Below, piece by piece: positions 50,543 to 63,515 of a stretch of 64,000 nucleotides of DNA. Location of the stretch: contig MU055753.1 in the NCBI GenBank assembly GCA_013239625.1, forward strand, positions 2,100,702-2,164,701, written 5' to 3'. The DNA is from Lama guanicoe. Lineage: Eukaryota. Every line of letters starts with the position of its first letter. Position 1 is the first letter of the stretch. The position numbers and the translations under genes are program-made. The notes beneath the pieces are model-generated. The model worked only from the letters and a program-made list of their open reading frames with translations, ran no database searches and was not told where the DNA came from.

Positions 50543-50760
50543 CAAGGGTTTCCACTGGCCTGCTTCTCCAATAACAACCTCTTCTCATCTTCAGAAAACT
50601 GTAAGTCCAGCTCAAAAGAGTTAGTGTCCAGGTCGTGGATATACTGCTCGATGTTGCTGCCTGCCCTCTGTGGAAGCCCTGCATCCGCAGCTGACAGGGA
50701 GTGGGAGGAGGATGATGAGGACACCTGCATGCAGCCAAACTGGCTCAGGAGATTGTCGTA
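50543..50760 (-). CDS. PDPK1: PDPK1 exon 11 (YDNLLSQFG..SSSSSSHS..GNPW), linker
   Basis: 218 nt, GT-AG borders. Confidence 0.97.
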
Positions 50761-52942
50761 CTGCACAGACAAGAGCACAAAGTGAGAACTACGCCTTAAC
50801 TTTCCCTCCAACCCAAAGCTCTAGACACTCTCTGACCTGTCAGAGCAAGCGCACACCCGAGGTCCTGAGGGCCCTGTGGGAGACAAGCCTGGCTCTGTTA
50901 ATGCTGGTAAGTGCGGGCCAGCTCCAGTTTCTCCTCTGCTAGACAGCTGGCCACCAGACTAAGGGCTGGATCCTGCTTGCTCTGGGTCCCCTTCTGATGG
51001 GAATGTCAGAAGATGTTCGCTCCAGAGAGGAGCTTATCCTCAGTCTTCATCTCCAGGAAGGGGAGATCAAGGACCTGGAGCCTGCTGAGCCCTGGAGGAT
51101 TGGGACCCTGTAAGTCAGGCGCCCTCCTCCTTTGGCCTCATGGTTCCAAGTTTCTGAGTCCAGTCGTCACAACTTCCAATTTGACTAACTGAATTCAATT
51201 AAAATATGTATATTCCTTTTAATCGCAACAGATTAATTAAGCTTGATGTAAACAAAGTTGCCTGCTATTCTAGAGAAAACTACATACCAGTGGTAACACA
51301 GAAAATGGAATTACTCACAAACATGCCAAACGGGCACATGCGCTCCTGGGGCTGACCAGGCCAAAGATTCCCCAGAAAAGGTGTGGGGAGGAGTGGTGTC
51401 GCCCCCACCAGGCCACAGGCCCCACACCAGAGCTCTGCTGTGCCAGTGGTGAGAGAAAGGAACAGATGCCATCAGACGGCCAAGACCAGAGCACAGAAAA
51501 TCCTTCCAAGTGCCCTGTGGCTCCAAAAAGGCCCTGGCCACCACCCACAGAGGCTAGCCCCCTCCTGCAGACCCTGCGCCCACCCTCCTCACTTGTCGCC
51601 CAGAGCAGCCTTCTCCCAGGTGCTCACCCAGTGCCAACAACAGCCTCAGCCTCCCTCACTGGCTCCTGGGTGGGAGTAGCCCCTGGACACTCCCTCGGCC
51701 TCTCCAGCTAAGACTTTGTTCTAGTGCATTCTCCATTTCCTGAGAACTCCCTGGCTGGAAGCTGCCTCTGTGCAGTGTCTCAAAGTTTATAGAGGCTTCT
51801 ACAAGCCCCCCTCTTTCCCCTCCTGGGGTGTTTCAATGAGCCTGTGAAGCCAGTGAGACGGAAGTTACCAATCATCCCCATTTCTGAAATGGGAGAACCG
51901 AGGGTCAGCACGGAGCTATGGGTTTATTGCTGCCACCACCGCCTGCTGGAGAGTTCTGTCTTGGGGGCCCCACTGCACTGTTCCCCATGGGAAGCTCCAG
52001 GGGTTCTATCTCTGCTCTCTACTCTTCTCCCCTTAGCAGTACCTCGGACAGACCCCCAGCACAAAATCCAGGCCAAAAGGAAATGTGATGATGTGGCTAC
52101 GTGGTTGAAGCAGAGGTGTTCCCCATGGAGCAGTGAGGACACTGCCAGCTGTGCTGGTCCAAAAGTGGTCCCAGGGGTGCCACTCCCGCATGGCTCACTC
52201 GGAGTCCAACCTCAAGTGCCACCATCAGCCACCAGCAGAGGATCAGGAACACAGAAGATGCCTTGGGTATTGGGTAAAGGCACTTTCAATCCTCAGCCTC
52301 AGCGCCAAGCCCTCTTCCTTCCTGTTAAAAGGACTCCTCCAGAACCTCTCGGATGAGACTGTCCCAGTGACATGCTATCAACATCACAGAAAAGGAGCAC
52401 CTCCTTGAGCAAGTTTCCTCTGTATCTGACACTCTTCTGGGTCAAAGTCTTTTTCAAAGCTCACTAAACTGTCCAAAGGACGGCATCTGGTATAGGGAGC
52501 TCTGCCTGAATACTCTCCAAGGCTAATAAACCACACAGCTTTTAAAGCTGAGGACAAGCCATCTAACAAAAAGTAAGCTGTGAACACACAGAGCCGGTTC
52601 TCAGACAGCAACACTTGAGTACCGAGAAGCCAGAGCTTTCCACATGGCAAACATGACTGAAACAGCAGACAGAGGACCTGCAGAAGACATTCAAGTGTGC
52701 AGGCACACACAAGCGCGCGTATACGCCTGGTGAAGCCAAGTACCCGGCACTGAAATCTTGAGACAACCGGGGCCCATGTGGCTCCCTCAGAGCTCGGCCA
52801 GCAGAGCCTGCTGCTTCCCTGGGACACCCCTGCTAAAGGCCCTGGAGGACCTGCCCGCTCCTCTGGCCATGATCCACTTCTGCACAACAGCACGAGCAGA
52901 GCTCGCCTCTGTGGGGCCGCTCCTTTCCTATGGCAGTCTTAC

Positions 52943-53116
52943 GTTTCCATAGCAGTCTTCGTCGTCTTCTGACATGGCTGGCAAGTAAGCTGTGAGCTTC
53001 GGAGGCGTCTGGTGATGCAGATTCTCCCATGTGATGGACTCGAAGAACGGATGAGCTTTCAGAGGGCTGTACCCTTCCATTTCTTCACAGCCTAATCGCT
53101 TTGTAGCATCTAAAAC
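52943..53116 (-). CDS. PDPK1: PDPK1 exon 10 (VLDATKRLGCEEM...EDCYGN)
   Basis: 174 nt, ttAAG acceptor, AAC|GTAAGA donor. Confidence 0.96.
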
Positions 53117-54101
53117 CTTAAATCAAAGTCAAGGCAAGTTAGCATTGTGGTTAAAAAGTAATTCTGACCAAAAAATTCTTTTGGAGTAGTTCTTTTCGAT
53201 TCTCAGGATCTCCTGGAAATAGGAAGGGCACTGCAGCCCGGGGACAACGGAGTCACCCTCTGGGGTTCCTTTCACATCCTCCCCCAACCCCTACAGGTGA
53301 AAATGAACATCATCAAAAGTTAACGAATAGCAGGAGGTATTCTTTTAAAATACACAGTTAAAAATCCTAAAACAAGAAACACATGAACTCGTGGGCTTTA
53401 ATAACAAAGAGAATGAAGAGTTTATGTGGACACGAAGCTCTCACAGACAGGGAGAAAAGTGCCTGTGTATCCCACAAGCACTTGATCTCAAAGGGCCCCA
53501 CAAGGATCCGACTGTGCCCCCCAGACCCACAGAAGATCAGGCACATCTGCACTGAGGGGACAGATACAGGAGGGACAGGTGGGAAAGGCTGACTGATCCT
53601 GCTCCCCCAAATCAAGTGAAGGGAAGACGTGGAGCCAGAGCACAAGAGGCAGCACACTAGAACAGAAACAGACACTCTTCCTGGATAAATCAGTTTACCT
53701 TTGCTATATGTTACCTGGGTTGATCTCTAAAACCTTCATGTAGCTGACTCTAAAGCTGATAACCAGAGAGGCTGCTTAAGTAGGATTTACCATCACCTGG
53801 CATTGTAATACACCCAGTTGCTCCAGCGTCTGTTAACTTAAAATGCTATGTGTGTTGATGAGCAAATGCAAAATGACATAGTAACTTCCTATCTTACTGA
53901 GGTCAAGAATCAAGCACCTGGAACCTGAAAATGTCTTATAAGACTGAAGATATGAATCTACCTATAATCACTATCAACCCTAAAACGCCCTTTTATTAAG
54001 TACAGGCACCTCCAAGGAAAGGCCCTCTGACCACAAGTTCAGAGGGACTCAAGAGTATGGCTACTGGATCATCTTACCAGAAGAAAATTCAAAATATTTA
54101 C

Positions 54102-54198
54102 CAGCAGTTTTTCCACAAGGTCTCTTGCCTTAGGAAAGAATTTTTCAGGAAAGTCATATTCCAACTTAATGATCTTCTGAAATATTAGATATTCATTT
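54102..54198 (-). CDS. PDPK1: PDPK1 exon 9 (NEYLIFQKII...LVEKLL)
   Basis: 97 nt, ttacAG acceptor, CTG|GTAAAT donor. Confidence 0.95.
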
Positions 54199-54439
54199 CT
54201 GTAAATAAGAAAAATCACCATTATGTGCAGGGTCACAGAAACCTCCCTGGTACAGAGCTGTATCTTTCCTGGGACAGTGGTCTCCCTCTGTCCCCAGAGA
54301 GCCACCACATTCATTGAAGAACTGTCATAAAAGTTCCCCCACCTTGGCCCAGCCCCCAGGACTGTCCCTCCCACTTCTCTGTCAGGCTGCTGTGAGGGGC
54401 TTGGCGGGGGTGGTGATTTGAGAGAGGGGGGTCTCTTAC

Positions 54440-54508
54440 CCGGCTCGGAATGGTGGTAGGCCTGCCACGAGCTGGTATATAATGCATCCAAGAGCCCAAA
54501 GGTCTGAA
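54440..54508 (-). CDS. PDPK1: PDPK1 exon 8 (SDLWALGCIIYQLVAGLPPFRAG), kinase subdomain IX
   Basis: 69 nt, phase 2-2, GG|GTAAGA donor. Confidence 0.96.
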
Positions 54509-56079
54509 CTTTAAGGGAAGGGAAAGACAAAGAAGAATGACATTTGTAAAATCTCAGTGACAAGCAGTCACCTCCATCCTGTCTGTTCATACCACCCGTT
54601 TCAGCCTCAGATCTATTTCTCTCCTTTAAAACCAGGTCAGCGTGAGGGTGGAAACCTGCTCTGGGCTCCCTGAGAGGCCTCCCTTTGAACCTGGGACTAG
54701 AGAATCTCGCACACACACTGGAAGCACTGCTGGGCCAGGCCATGCACCTCCCTCACAGCTCTGCCACCTCCCTTGGGGGCAACCAAGGTCCTCACAGATG
54801 CAGTCTGGTCCTGAACAGGGAGCAGCGGCCACTCCTGACCACAGGAAACACTCTGACAGGAAAGCACCTTCTTCCAGTGCTGGAGCGCAGGGCACTGAGA
54901 AGGCTGCCCCTGTCACTGGCAGGCTAGCACGGTTAAGGACAGTCTCAGAGTCTCTCACAATTCACTGTTTACCCCCAGGACACAGACACAAGCTCACGCA
55001 TGCCAAGCAGCCAAATCACAGTCTGGAGGATGTGCACAAAGCAAGCTTTCTCTTTCCCTTCTCAGACTCACCCTCCTTTATAAACATTTTAATTATACAT
55101 TTTAAAAGACACACACTACAGCTCTGAATTTCCCGAAGTCCTTTCCATAAACAGCTGGCAGGGACCCTGGAGGGGCTGCTCTCCTCACCACCCTCCTTCC
55201 CGCCCTGCTCCCGTTCATTCTCTCCCCTCAGTGCATCTCAAGAGTTCACAGCTGAAGATCTACTTTGCATATTTTATTTCCTCTGTAGGAAAAATTTTTT
55301 TGTATTTATTTTTGCATTCAATTCTCAGCTCAGCCTTATGAAAGCATCAAGATGCAATTCACCCTACATGGCCAGTTGCCTCTCCCAAAGCCCTAGATGT
55401 ACGTACGCTCATAGGTTGCTCAATACAGTCAGTTTCTGGAAGAGGCCACAGCCTGGCATTTTGGAAGATGAAATTGTAGGGTGTGGGCAAAGACAACAAG
55501 CCAGTGAGCATGCTGGGGGCCTTAGGTGAAGGCTCTGTCCTCGTACATGTACGGACAGCACCACAGGCCCGAGGCAGATGCAGCACTTGATGTGGGTTAA
55601 AAATGTAAGAAGTCAGATATCCAAGTCACAACACACAGTTGGAGTGAAGGACATTTTAAAAATGAAGGTACATTCTACTCAACAGTCCTCACACTTGGTT
55701 ATCTCTATCATTTAGTGTCATTAAAATGGGGAGCTACACAAGAAGAACGCTGACAGAGAGGCACTGGCCTTTCGACATGGAAGTGGCCAGAGAGGAGGGG
55801 CAGGGCTGTGGGGTGGGGCTGCCTCTGCTGTTTTCATAGGGTCATCCCCAGGGAGTGGGACTGCAAGCAGGACCGGTTTGTCATACAATAAAAACTAAAA
55901 GGGGAAGCCAGTGAAACATCTCTGGAAAGTAGTATATACCAATGATTTTTTTAAATGCTGTTAAACAAAGTCATTCTACTTCCTGAAATTCTAACAGAGG
56001 CACTTGGGGCAGACTCTCCCATGGAACAGGCAGGAGCACTCTTCTTCCCCACAGCACAGGATCTGCTGCACACAAGAGG

Positions 56080-56480
56080 CACACTAGTTTAACTGTGCCA
56101 AATAATGCGAAATACTTCAACGTCCAACAATAAAGGAAAAGTTCAAAGAACTACAAAAAATCCATATGCTGGAAACCCATACAGCTGTTAAAGATCTCTG
56201 TAAATAATTTTAGTGACATGGGGAAATGTCCATCATATTATCACAAGGGTCAGAATTCAAAACTGGTTATTCAGTATGACTGCAGTTGCATGAAGATTAG
56301 GTAAGCACATATAAAACACACAGAAAAAAGTAGCTGGAAGCATATACCAAGTCATGATCTGCAACCTAAGTGGGTGGGAGACTGTGAGCGTTTTGGGTTT
56401 TTTAATTTTCCGTATTTTCTAAAAATTCTTTCTTTACCTTGAAAGGTACCATTTTTTGAATGAGGAAAAAAATTCTTAAC
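56080..56480 (+). mobile_element. Ancient L1M 3' fragment
   Basis: Degenerate L1 3' UTR motifs (gacatggggaaatgtccatcatat; ctggaagcatatacca). Confidence 0.5.
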
Positions 56481-56779
56481 TTCCTTAAAAAATAAATATC
56501 ACGATTCAAAAAATTAACAGCATAAAAAAGATATACAGGCTGTATCTCCCTCACTGCCCACCCCCAACAGATAACCAGTCCCCACTTCCTGCATGTCCGC
56601 CCAGAGCGCTGCAAAGGGCAGGCAGGGAGTCTGGGACCTCTGCATCTCACTCAGTAGAGCTTGGAGACTTTCTCCCATCAGTGCTAAAGAGCTAAACCCC
56701 ACAGTGAGGAAAAGCTAGTTCTCAGGCAGCAGTGACATACACTTGGAGAAACTGGCCAAGAGTGCACACCACCCAGAGG

Positions 56780-56997
56780 AGGGTTGCTCAGCCTGGGCCC
56801 TGTGGACATCTGGAGCCGATCATCCTTGTTGTGGGGCCATTTCTGCACTGCAGGATGTGGAGCAGCGCCCCTGCCTCCACCCACTGGATGCCAACAGCAC
56901 CCCCTCCCCATCTCTGCCAAGCTGTGACACCAAAACTGTGTCTCGATACAGCCAAATATTCCCTGGCGAGCAGAACTGCCCCAGCTGGGAAGCCTTG
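56780..56997 (-). mobile_element. MER20 (hAT-Charlie MITE)
   Basis: ccttgttgtgggg..cactgcaggatgt..ccacccactggatgccaacagcaccc..tgtgacaccaaaa. Confidence 0.85.
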
Positions 56998-57056
56998 ACC
57001 TACAACAGTGTCTGGCCCACAGTAAGAGCTCAAAGTCTGTTGACTGATTAAGGTAA

Positions 57057-57079
57057 AAACAAACAAACAAACAAACAAA
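57057..57079. repeat. (AAAC)n microsatellite
   Basis: Read directly from the sequence. Confidence 0.9.
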
Positions 57080-58148
57080 GAGCCCAATGGCCACAATGAT
57101 GCCCAAGTTTTTCTAAGCATCCTATCCATCATCATTTTTGTGCCCCGTGGCTCCACCCACTGAAGAATTTTTTTAAAGCCATCGAGCTTAGAAACATAGA
57201 GCTGCTGTGCCCAGAACCACTCACTCCTCTGCTGCCTCTGGCAGTCACTCGTCACTCTAGGAAGGCAGCCCACTGCAGGCTGCCAGTGCAGGACACTGAC
57301 CATGTGGCTGTCTGTCAAATCCAGGGATGGTGCCAGTAGGCTGAGCATCTGGCCCAGGGCAGAAGAATCCAAGAAAAAGCTTCAACCACAGAACCTGTCA
57401 TCCCCAAACTCTGAAAGCCCAGTTTCTATTGCCACCTGTCTTCCATCTGCCTCATGCCCACTAGATAGCTCCCTAGACTCATCCCACCTTCTGGCCATTG
57501 GCGCCTCATTTTCTTTACCTCCACTCCCAACTGCCCTGCCACCGACCCTTCTCCATTCCCCAGCCCCCTGCACTTCTAATTTTCACAACTGAGGCCTCCA
57601 CCCAGGCCCTCAAACCTGTGGCCACCACGAGGCCTACCCCTGGTAGTGCTGGCTGGGCCGCAGCTGAGATACTAGCTCAGTCCTATCCCCTCCCACAGAC
57701 ACTGCCTTCTGGGCCTGTCCTGCACTCTGCAGAGCACATGACACTGAACACCTGACCTGCAGCTGCTGCCACAGCCAGGCTGCCCAAATCGAAGGCAGTA
57801 CCAGGAATCCCTCGGCTCCGGGACACAGCAGGAAGTCTCGTGCACATAATACAAACCTGTGGGCCACACTTCTCTCCCACTGAACAGTTAGCTGTTCCTA
57901 AAGGAACAAGAGCAAATCTCAAAGCATAAAGCAAAACTGCCCCAGAAAGTGTAAGTAGTACAACAAAGTAGCACACAGGTTATCAAAGAAAAGACACTGG
58001 TTAAAAGACAAAATGCTAACTTCTTCCAAAATAGGCTTGGCTATGTAAAGGCCATGAAAGGTGCTCTCTTTACTATTAATCTCACCTGGAAAAAAGCACC
58101 AGCTACTTGAGCAAAAAGAGAATTATGGATCAGATGAAAACAGGTTAC

Positions 58149-58224
58149 CTTTTACAGGCCGATTTCTCTGTGAGCAGCTCTGGAGAAACATACTGGGCTG
58201 TTCCTACAAACGAGTTGGCCCTGG
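58149..58224 (-). CDS. PDPK1: PDPK1 exon 7 (ARANSFVGTAQYVSPELLTEKSACK), activation loop with the Ser241 equivalent; exons 1-6 lie outside the window
   Basis: 76 nt, catcAG acceptor, AG|GTAACC donor. Confidence 0.97.
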
Positions 58225-58389
58225 CTGATGGGAAGAGGGAAAAGGGAAAAGGTCAGGCTGAAACACAGAGCATTTTGCATCATGGACGTGGCACAGTCGG
58301 CGTTCACCTCTCAGGACGCCATGGTTTACATGGGCGTAAACTGGTCACCTGGAATTGGCCTCACACTACCGAGAGCAGGACTTGGTCAC

Positions 58390-58660
58390 GGCTTCCCCTT
58401 GCACCACCTGCTTGGACCCTCCCCTCCCAGGGTTGGCTCAAAGGTCACCTGCTCAGTGACACCTGCCCTGACTGCCTGGGCATCCCCTCCTGAACCCCTA
58501 CCAGCCTCACATTCTCCTGGCACCTCTCAACTGCATACCTGCCATGCCCTCGCCCAGAATTCTGTCAGCTGGGAGCATCTGGAGGCCGCTGGACCTGCGG
58601 TGCTTAAAACAGCCCCGGGCACGCAGCAAGCACCCACTGAACACATGTAGAATGTGGGAA
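58390..58660 (+). mobile_element. L2 3' fragment
   Basis: aaggtcacctgctcagtga..cctgac; acagccccgggcacgcagcaagcacccactgaaca. Confidence 0.5.
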
Positions 58661-59677
58661 CAGAACGGCTCTCCTTCAGGCTGCATGCAGGGGAGGGATA
58701 CTCTATCTTCATAATAGCTCGGGAAGGTTAGGGGCTCTAAGGAAGTAAGACTCGGGCGCCCCAGTCAGCGAGCCCCAGCAACACTCCACCACCGACAGTG
58801 CTGGACTGTGCACGCAAGCTCACCAAGTTCGACTGCAGACTTGTAGGGTCAGGCAGCAGCCAAACCCTCTGGACCCACCCACCCCAGCAGAAAGGAGGCA
58901 CCGACACCTGGCTCACCCTAGCGGGTTCTCTGTCAGGGCTGCCCGGCTCATTAGTGGCCGGGCAGCCCTGACAGAGCAGCACGGTGGGCACAAGCCCACC
59001 TGCCCCACCACACCACTCCTAACGCATCCCCTGTGGGGTGCCTTCCAGCATCGTGGACAGAACAGCTGCTTTCAGCCTTACCCATGACCAAAGGATACAG
59101 GATCAGGGGTCCCCGTGTGATGGCCGCCCACTATCTGAGGGCAAATCACTTCTCCAAAGAGCATGTGAAGTGCTGTGTCACCTGAACCAGTTTCCTAGTG
59201 ACTTCTGCGGCACTCACAGCAAACTGCCTCCCTCCCACGACCTTCCATGCCCGCACCACACAACCAGCATCTTGTAACGTACTCCAAATGGCCATCAGCA
59301 AGGCTCTAGTTCTGCTCAGACCGCCTTTCCCACCAACAGGAACCAGCACAGCAACCCAGAGCACATGGAAAACACAACACTAGGGTTTAACACCATTTTG
59401 CTCTGGACAAACAAGGCCCTTTTACCTGGCCTGGCCCTTCTACAAATCAACTGTCCTTTTTCTCAACATCTTTATCAACCTGGGCTAGAAATTAATTGTC
59501 TCTATGCGCAAGTTTTCCTGAACCAACTTGGAAAGTGCACCAGCTAAAATACTACACCAACACACCTACCACGGAGAGGTCTCTGGCTCTTTGGGATCCC
59601 TTCCAAAATCAGGCTGCACTATAAAAACAGTAACAGGCCCCTGTAAAGGGTCCTGCTTATTTGTCCCACTGTCTCAA

Positions 59678-59875
59678 CTCTGCTCAACTGGGCCCCTGGG
59701 GACATCTGGCAACATCTGGGGACATCTCAGACTGCCACAATGGGGACAGGAAGGGACTGTCACCTAGTGGGTAGGAGCTGGGGACAGAGCTAAGTATCCT
59801 GCAGGGCATCTGACAGCCCCAGAGCCAAGAATTCTCCAACCCCACGTGCCTTCAGGGGCTTAACTGAGAACCCTT
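59678..59875 (+). mobile_element. MER20 (more diverged), inverted relative to the 56780 copy
   Basis: ccctgggacatctggcaacatctggggacat..ctagtgggtag..gctaagtatcctgca..gacagcccc..aagaatt..tgagaaccc. Confidence 0.75.
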
Positions 59876-60899
59876 GCGCAGCCCCCATGTAGCCTTACAG
59901 GGACAGGGCTCTCCACAGACACAAGCCCCTGCCCTCCAAAGACCCAGCCCTAAGCTCAGCAGAAGCAGCCTGCTCAGTTCTGAGATATTCTAAGATACTC
60001 TAGAGGAAAGAGACTTGGGGAAGGGAGAATGGCTGAAAGTTCCTTCCTTTGTCTTTCCTTCTCAAAGTCAATCACCCTGTTACACAAAATGTTCCAGTTT
60101 GGGGAAAGCTTACTTCCCTTCTTGCACTGAGGGAAGGCTCAGTACTGTGCACCTCAGCTTGGGCCTGACTCAAATACCTTGACTGGGGTACAGCTGCTAC
60201 CTGCAGTAAAACACCGCAGACCCATGCTTTGTCTGTCTACAAAATTATTTACCGCATACAGCCATAAATAACATAATGCCCGAATTAAAGTGCAGAAGAA
60301 ACCCAGGGCCCATGGCCACCCCAATTCAGCATGCAATGACCTGCTCTGAGACAGGCCCACTGGCCATGGTGACCATTATCTCCCCACCTGCCACCCCTGG
60401 GATGGGGAGCCAGCAAGGCTCCCCATGGGGGGACTTCCTGACTGCAGGTCCAACAGCTTCCAAAGGTAGATGTACAAAAAGCACAGACAAGGCCATGCTG
60501 CCTCTTGCCCCATTTGTTCCCAGATGCAGCCCCTGTCCGTCTCTGTGCCCCAAGTGACTTTGCATACTACAGCCCTGGAGCCAGCAGGAGCCCCCTGCCC
60601 AGGGGGAGTGCAGGAGAGAAATGGGGGTTATTCCTCATGGCTTCCCCCCATGCCATACCTCTCTCCCACCACAGTGACCCCCTCAGGTGCTGGTCCCTCC
60701 CACCTGCACCCCCTCCAGGGCTGAGAGGCTCACAGTCAGCTACAGGAATCCAGCTTCCTTAGGCCCAGCTGTCTGTAACTGGTCCCCTCAGTAAGCTACT
60801 CTCCTGCAGAGACTTCACGGCTGCATCTGCATCCTGCCAGGACCCTGATACTGCCAAGAACACTGAGGTGATTCATGAGAGGAAAAAAACAAACCAAGA

Positions 60900-61440
60900 G
60901 CCAAAACCAAATGAAACCATTCAACCACGCAATGAATCAAAGGAATGCTAATGAACACATGCTAGCCTATCAAATCAGCAAAGATAAAAAAGAAGGAAAA
61001 TACACAAGTGTTGGCAAGGATTTGAGGAGGCAAACCTCACAATGCTATGGTAGGAATGTGAAATGGTGTGGCTTTGGGGGAGCAGTTTTCCAATAAGCAT
61101 CAAAAGCCACAGAAAAAAGGCCTGCCCTCAGACCCAGCAATTCCACTTCTGGCACCTGATCCTCCAGGAGGTCCTAGCACTGACAGCAGCACAACGTGGA
61201 TCCTTTGAAGGCCAGGCCTGCACTTGATACTTTACCTGTTCAGTGTTTCTGTTCTACATTATAATTGTGCATTGTTTCTCTGATTTATATTTCTTAAAGT
61301 GCTATACTTAAAAAGTTCTAGAAGTATATTATTATATGGAAAGATATGTACTACAGATAATTAAATAAGTAATTCAGGCTATCAAATAGTATGTAGAGGT
61401 ATCTGTGCTTTTAAGTAGCTACATTATGCACAAAACAAAG
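60900..61440. mobile_element. Old L1M fragments
   Basis: cctatcaaatcagcaaagat..gtgttggcaaggat..ggaatgtgaaatggt..gacccagcaattccacttct. Confidence 0.65.
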
Positions 61441-62484
61441 TGTACAGGACACCCACCCCACCCACCCCCAGCATGGCTGGGCTTTAAAGAGCAAATCATG
61501 ATGGCATTAGGATGCTGTTGTTGTTAAAGCTTTCCAGGCCTGGGTCCCTTGTCCCCCATGACACCTGCTGTTTCCTCTTCCCCAGGAACTTATGCCCACT
61601 TTCTTTAAGGGGACTCCAAGTCCCTGAGGGTAAGAAAGTCACCCCCCTTGGAAAGGAGCTCTTTTGCTAGTCTAGAGATGAAGGACTCTGGAGCGCGGAA
61701 AAGAATGACTGTCCTCAGCATGATGTTCTAAATAACAAGGTCCAACAGAAGGTCTGCTGATAGTAATTCTTAAGTAGTGGTGAGCATAAACAACACATCA
61801 AGAATCTGTGATGACTATGACAGGACATGAAAACAACTGTGATTTCTCCTAATGCCACAGAGGTTTGTTGCCTACCTTCAGAACTGAAGGAAATACATGA
61901 TTTCACTGTAAGGTTAGTGAAAACAAGTAATTTTCTACTCTCCAGCTTCACGAATGGCAGACTTCTATCTTGACACCAGGATAAGAGCCTCAGAGAGTGC
62001 ATTAGAATATCACAGAGATAGTGCAGTTACCTCTCCCAGAAGCTCTAAGATTAGCCAAACGTCCAACTTCTCCAACTACTGGAAAATCAGGCCCAGAACC
62101 CACCATTGGCCAACGCTGCCTCCTCCATGCCACTGACTCTTTCAGGAGGCCACAGGGTCAGCATAAAGGAAAAGAAGGGTCTTGAGCTGGGCTGTCTCCA
62201 CCTCCAAGTGGTTCAAAGAAACTGACCAGCATCCTGGGCCATGGACCACTCTGGCCACCACACATCTGCAAGTCAGACTCTGAGGTGCCAGCGGTGAAGG
62301 AGGGACCTGAAATGCTCCTGAGGCCAGAAGACACCCACACTCTTTCAAAGCCTAAGGTGCAGACTGCCGATGTCTTGCCCATAAACCCACATGTGAAGCA
62401 GAGCAAACACAGTCCACAGAATGTGCTTTATGAGCTCGGGGACAGAGGACAAGCAAACTGAATCCAGAAACACAGAAAAAGAAG

Positions 62485-63295
62485 TATGCACTGTGACCCA
62501 GCAGGATTTATTACAGGAATGCAAGGGTGGTTCAGTACATAAAAACCAATCAATATATTACACTACATCATCAGAATAAAGGACAATAACCACATGACCT
62601 TCTCAACAGATGCAGAAAAAGCATCTGACAAAAATTCAACATTCCTTGATGATAAATTACAAAACAAACTAGAAACAGAAGGGAACTTTCTCCACCCGAT
62701 AAAGGCGCCTCTGAAAAACCCACAACAAGCATCATACTCGATAGTGAAAGACTGAAAGCTTTCCCCTGAGATCATTAACAAGAGAAGGATGTCTGCTCTT
62801 GCCACTTTCATTTAGCACTGTACGGGAGGTCCCAGCCAGGGCAATCAGGCAAGAAAAGGAAATAAAATGCAACCAAATTGGGAAGGAGGAAGTAAAACTC
62901 TCTCTAATCATGGATGACGTGATCTTGTATTTAGAAAGTCCCCAGGAATCCACTAAGAAACTATTACAACTGATGAACAAGTTGCAGGATACAAGATCAG
63001 CATACCAAAAAATCAACTGCATTTCTGTAAACTTGCAATGAACAATCTGAAAATGAAATTAATAAGACAATTACATTTATAATAGCCTCAAAAATAAAAT
63101 ACTTAGGAATAAATTTAACAAAAGAAGTGCAAAGCTTATACACTGAAAAATTACCCCAAAAATGTTCAAAGAAATTGGAGAAGATCTAAATCAACAGAAT
63201 GATATCCTATGCTGAAGGATCAGAAGAATTAAAATTGTCAAGATGGCAATACTCCCCAAACTGATCTATTCATTCAACACAATCCCTGTCCAAAT
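62485..63295 (+). mobile_element. L1 ORF2 reverse-transcriptase fragment, decayed
   Basis: ggaatgcaagggtggttca; gatgcagaaaaagca; ORF-track peptides ARAIRQEKEIK..DDVILYLE and MAILPKLIY; contains stops. Confidence 0.93.
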
Positions 63296-63515
63296 NNNNN
63301 NNNNNNNNNNNNNNNNNNNNNNNNNNNNNNNNNNNNNNNNNNNNNNNNNNNNNNNNNNNNNNNNNNNNNNNNNNNNNNNNNNNNNNNNNNNNNNNNNNNN
63401 NNNNNNNNNNNNNNNNNNNNNNNNNNNNNNNNNNNNNNNNNNNNNNNNNNNNNNNNNNNNNNNNNNNNNNNNNNNNNNNNNNNNNNNNNNNNNNNNNNNN
63501 NNNNNNNNNNNNNNN

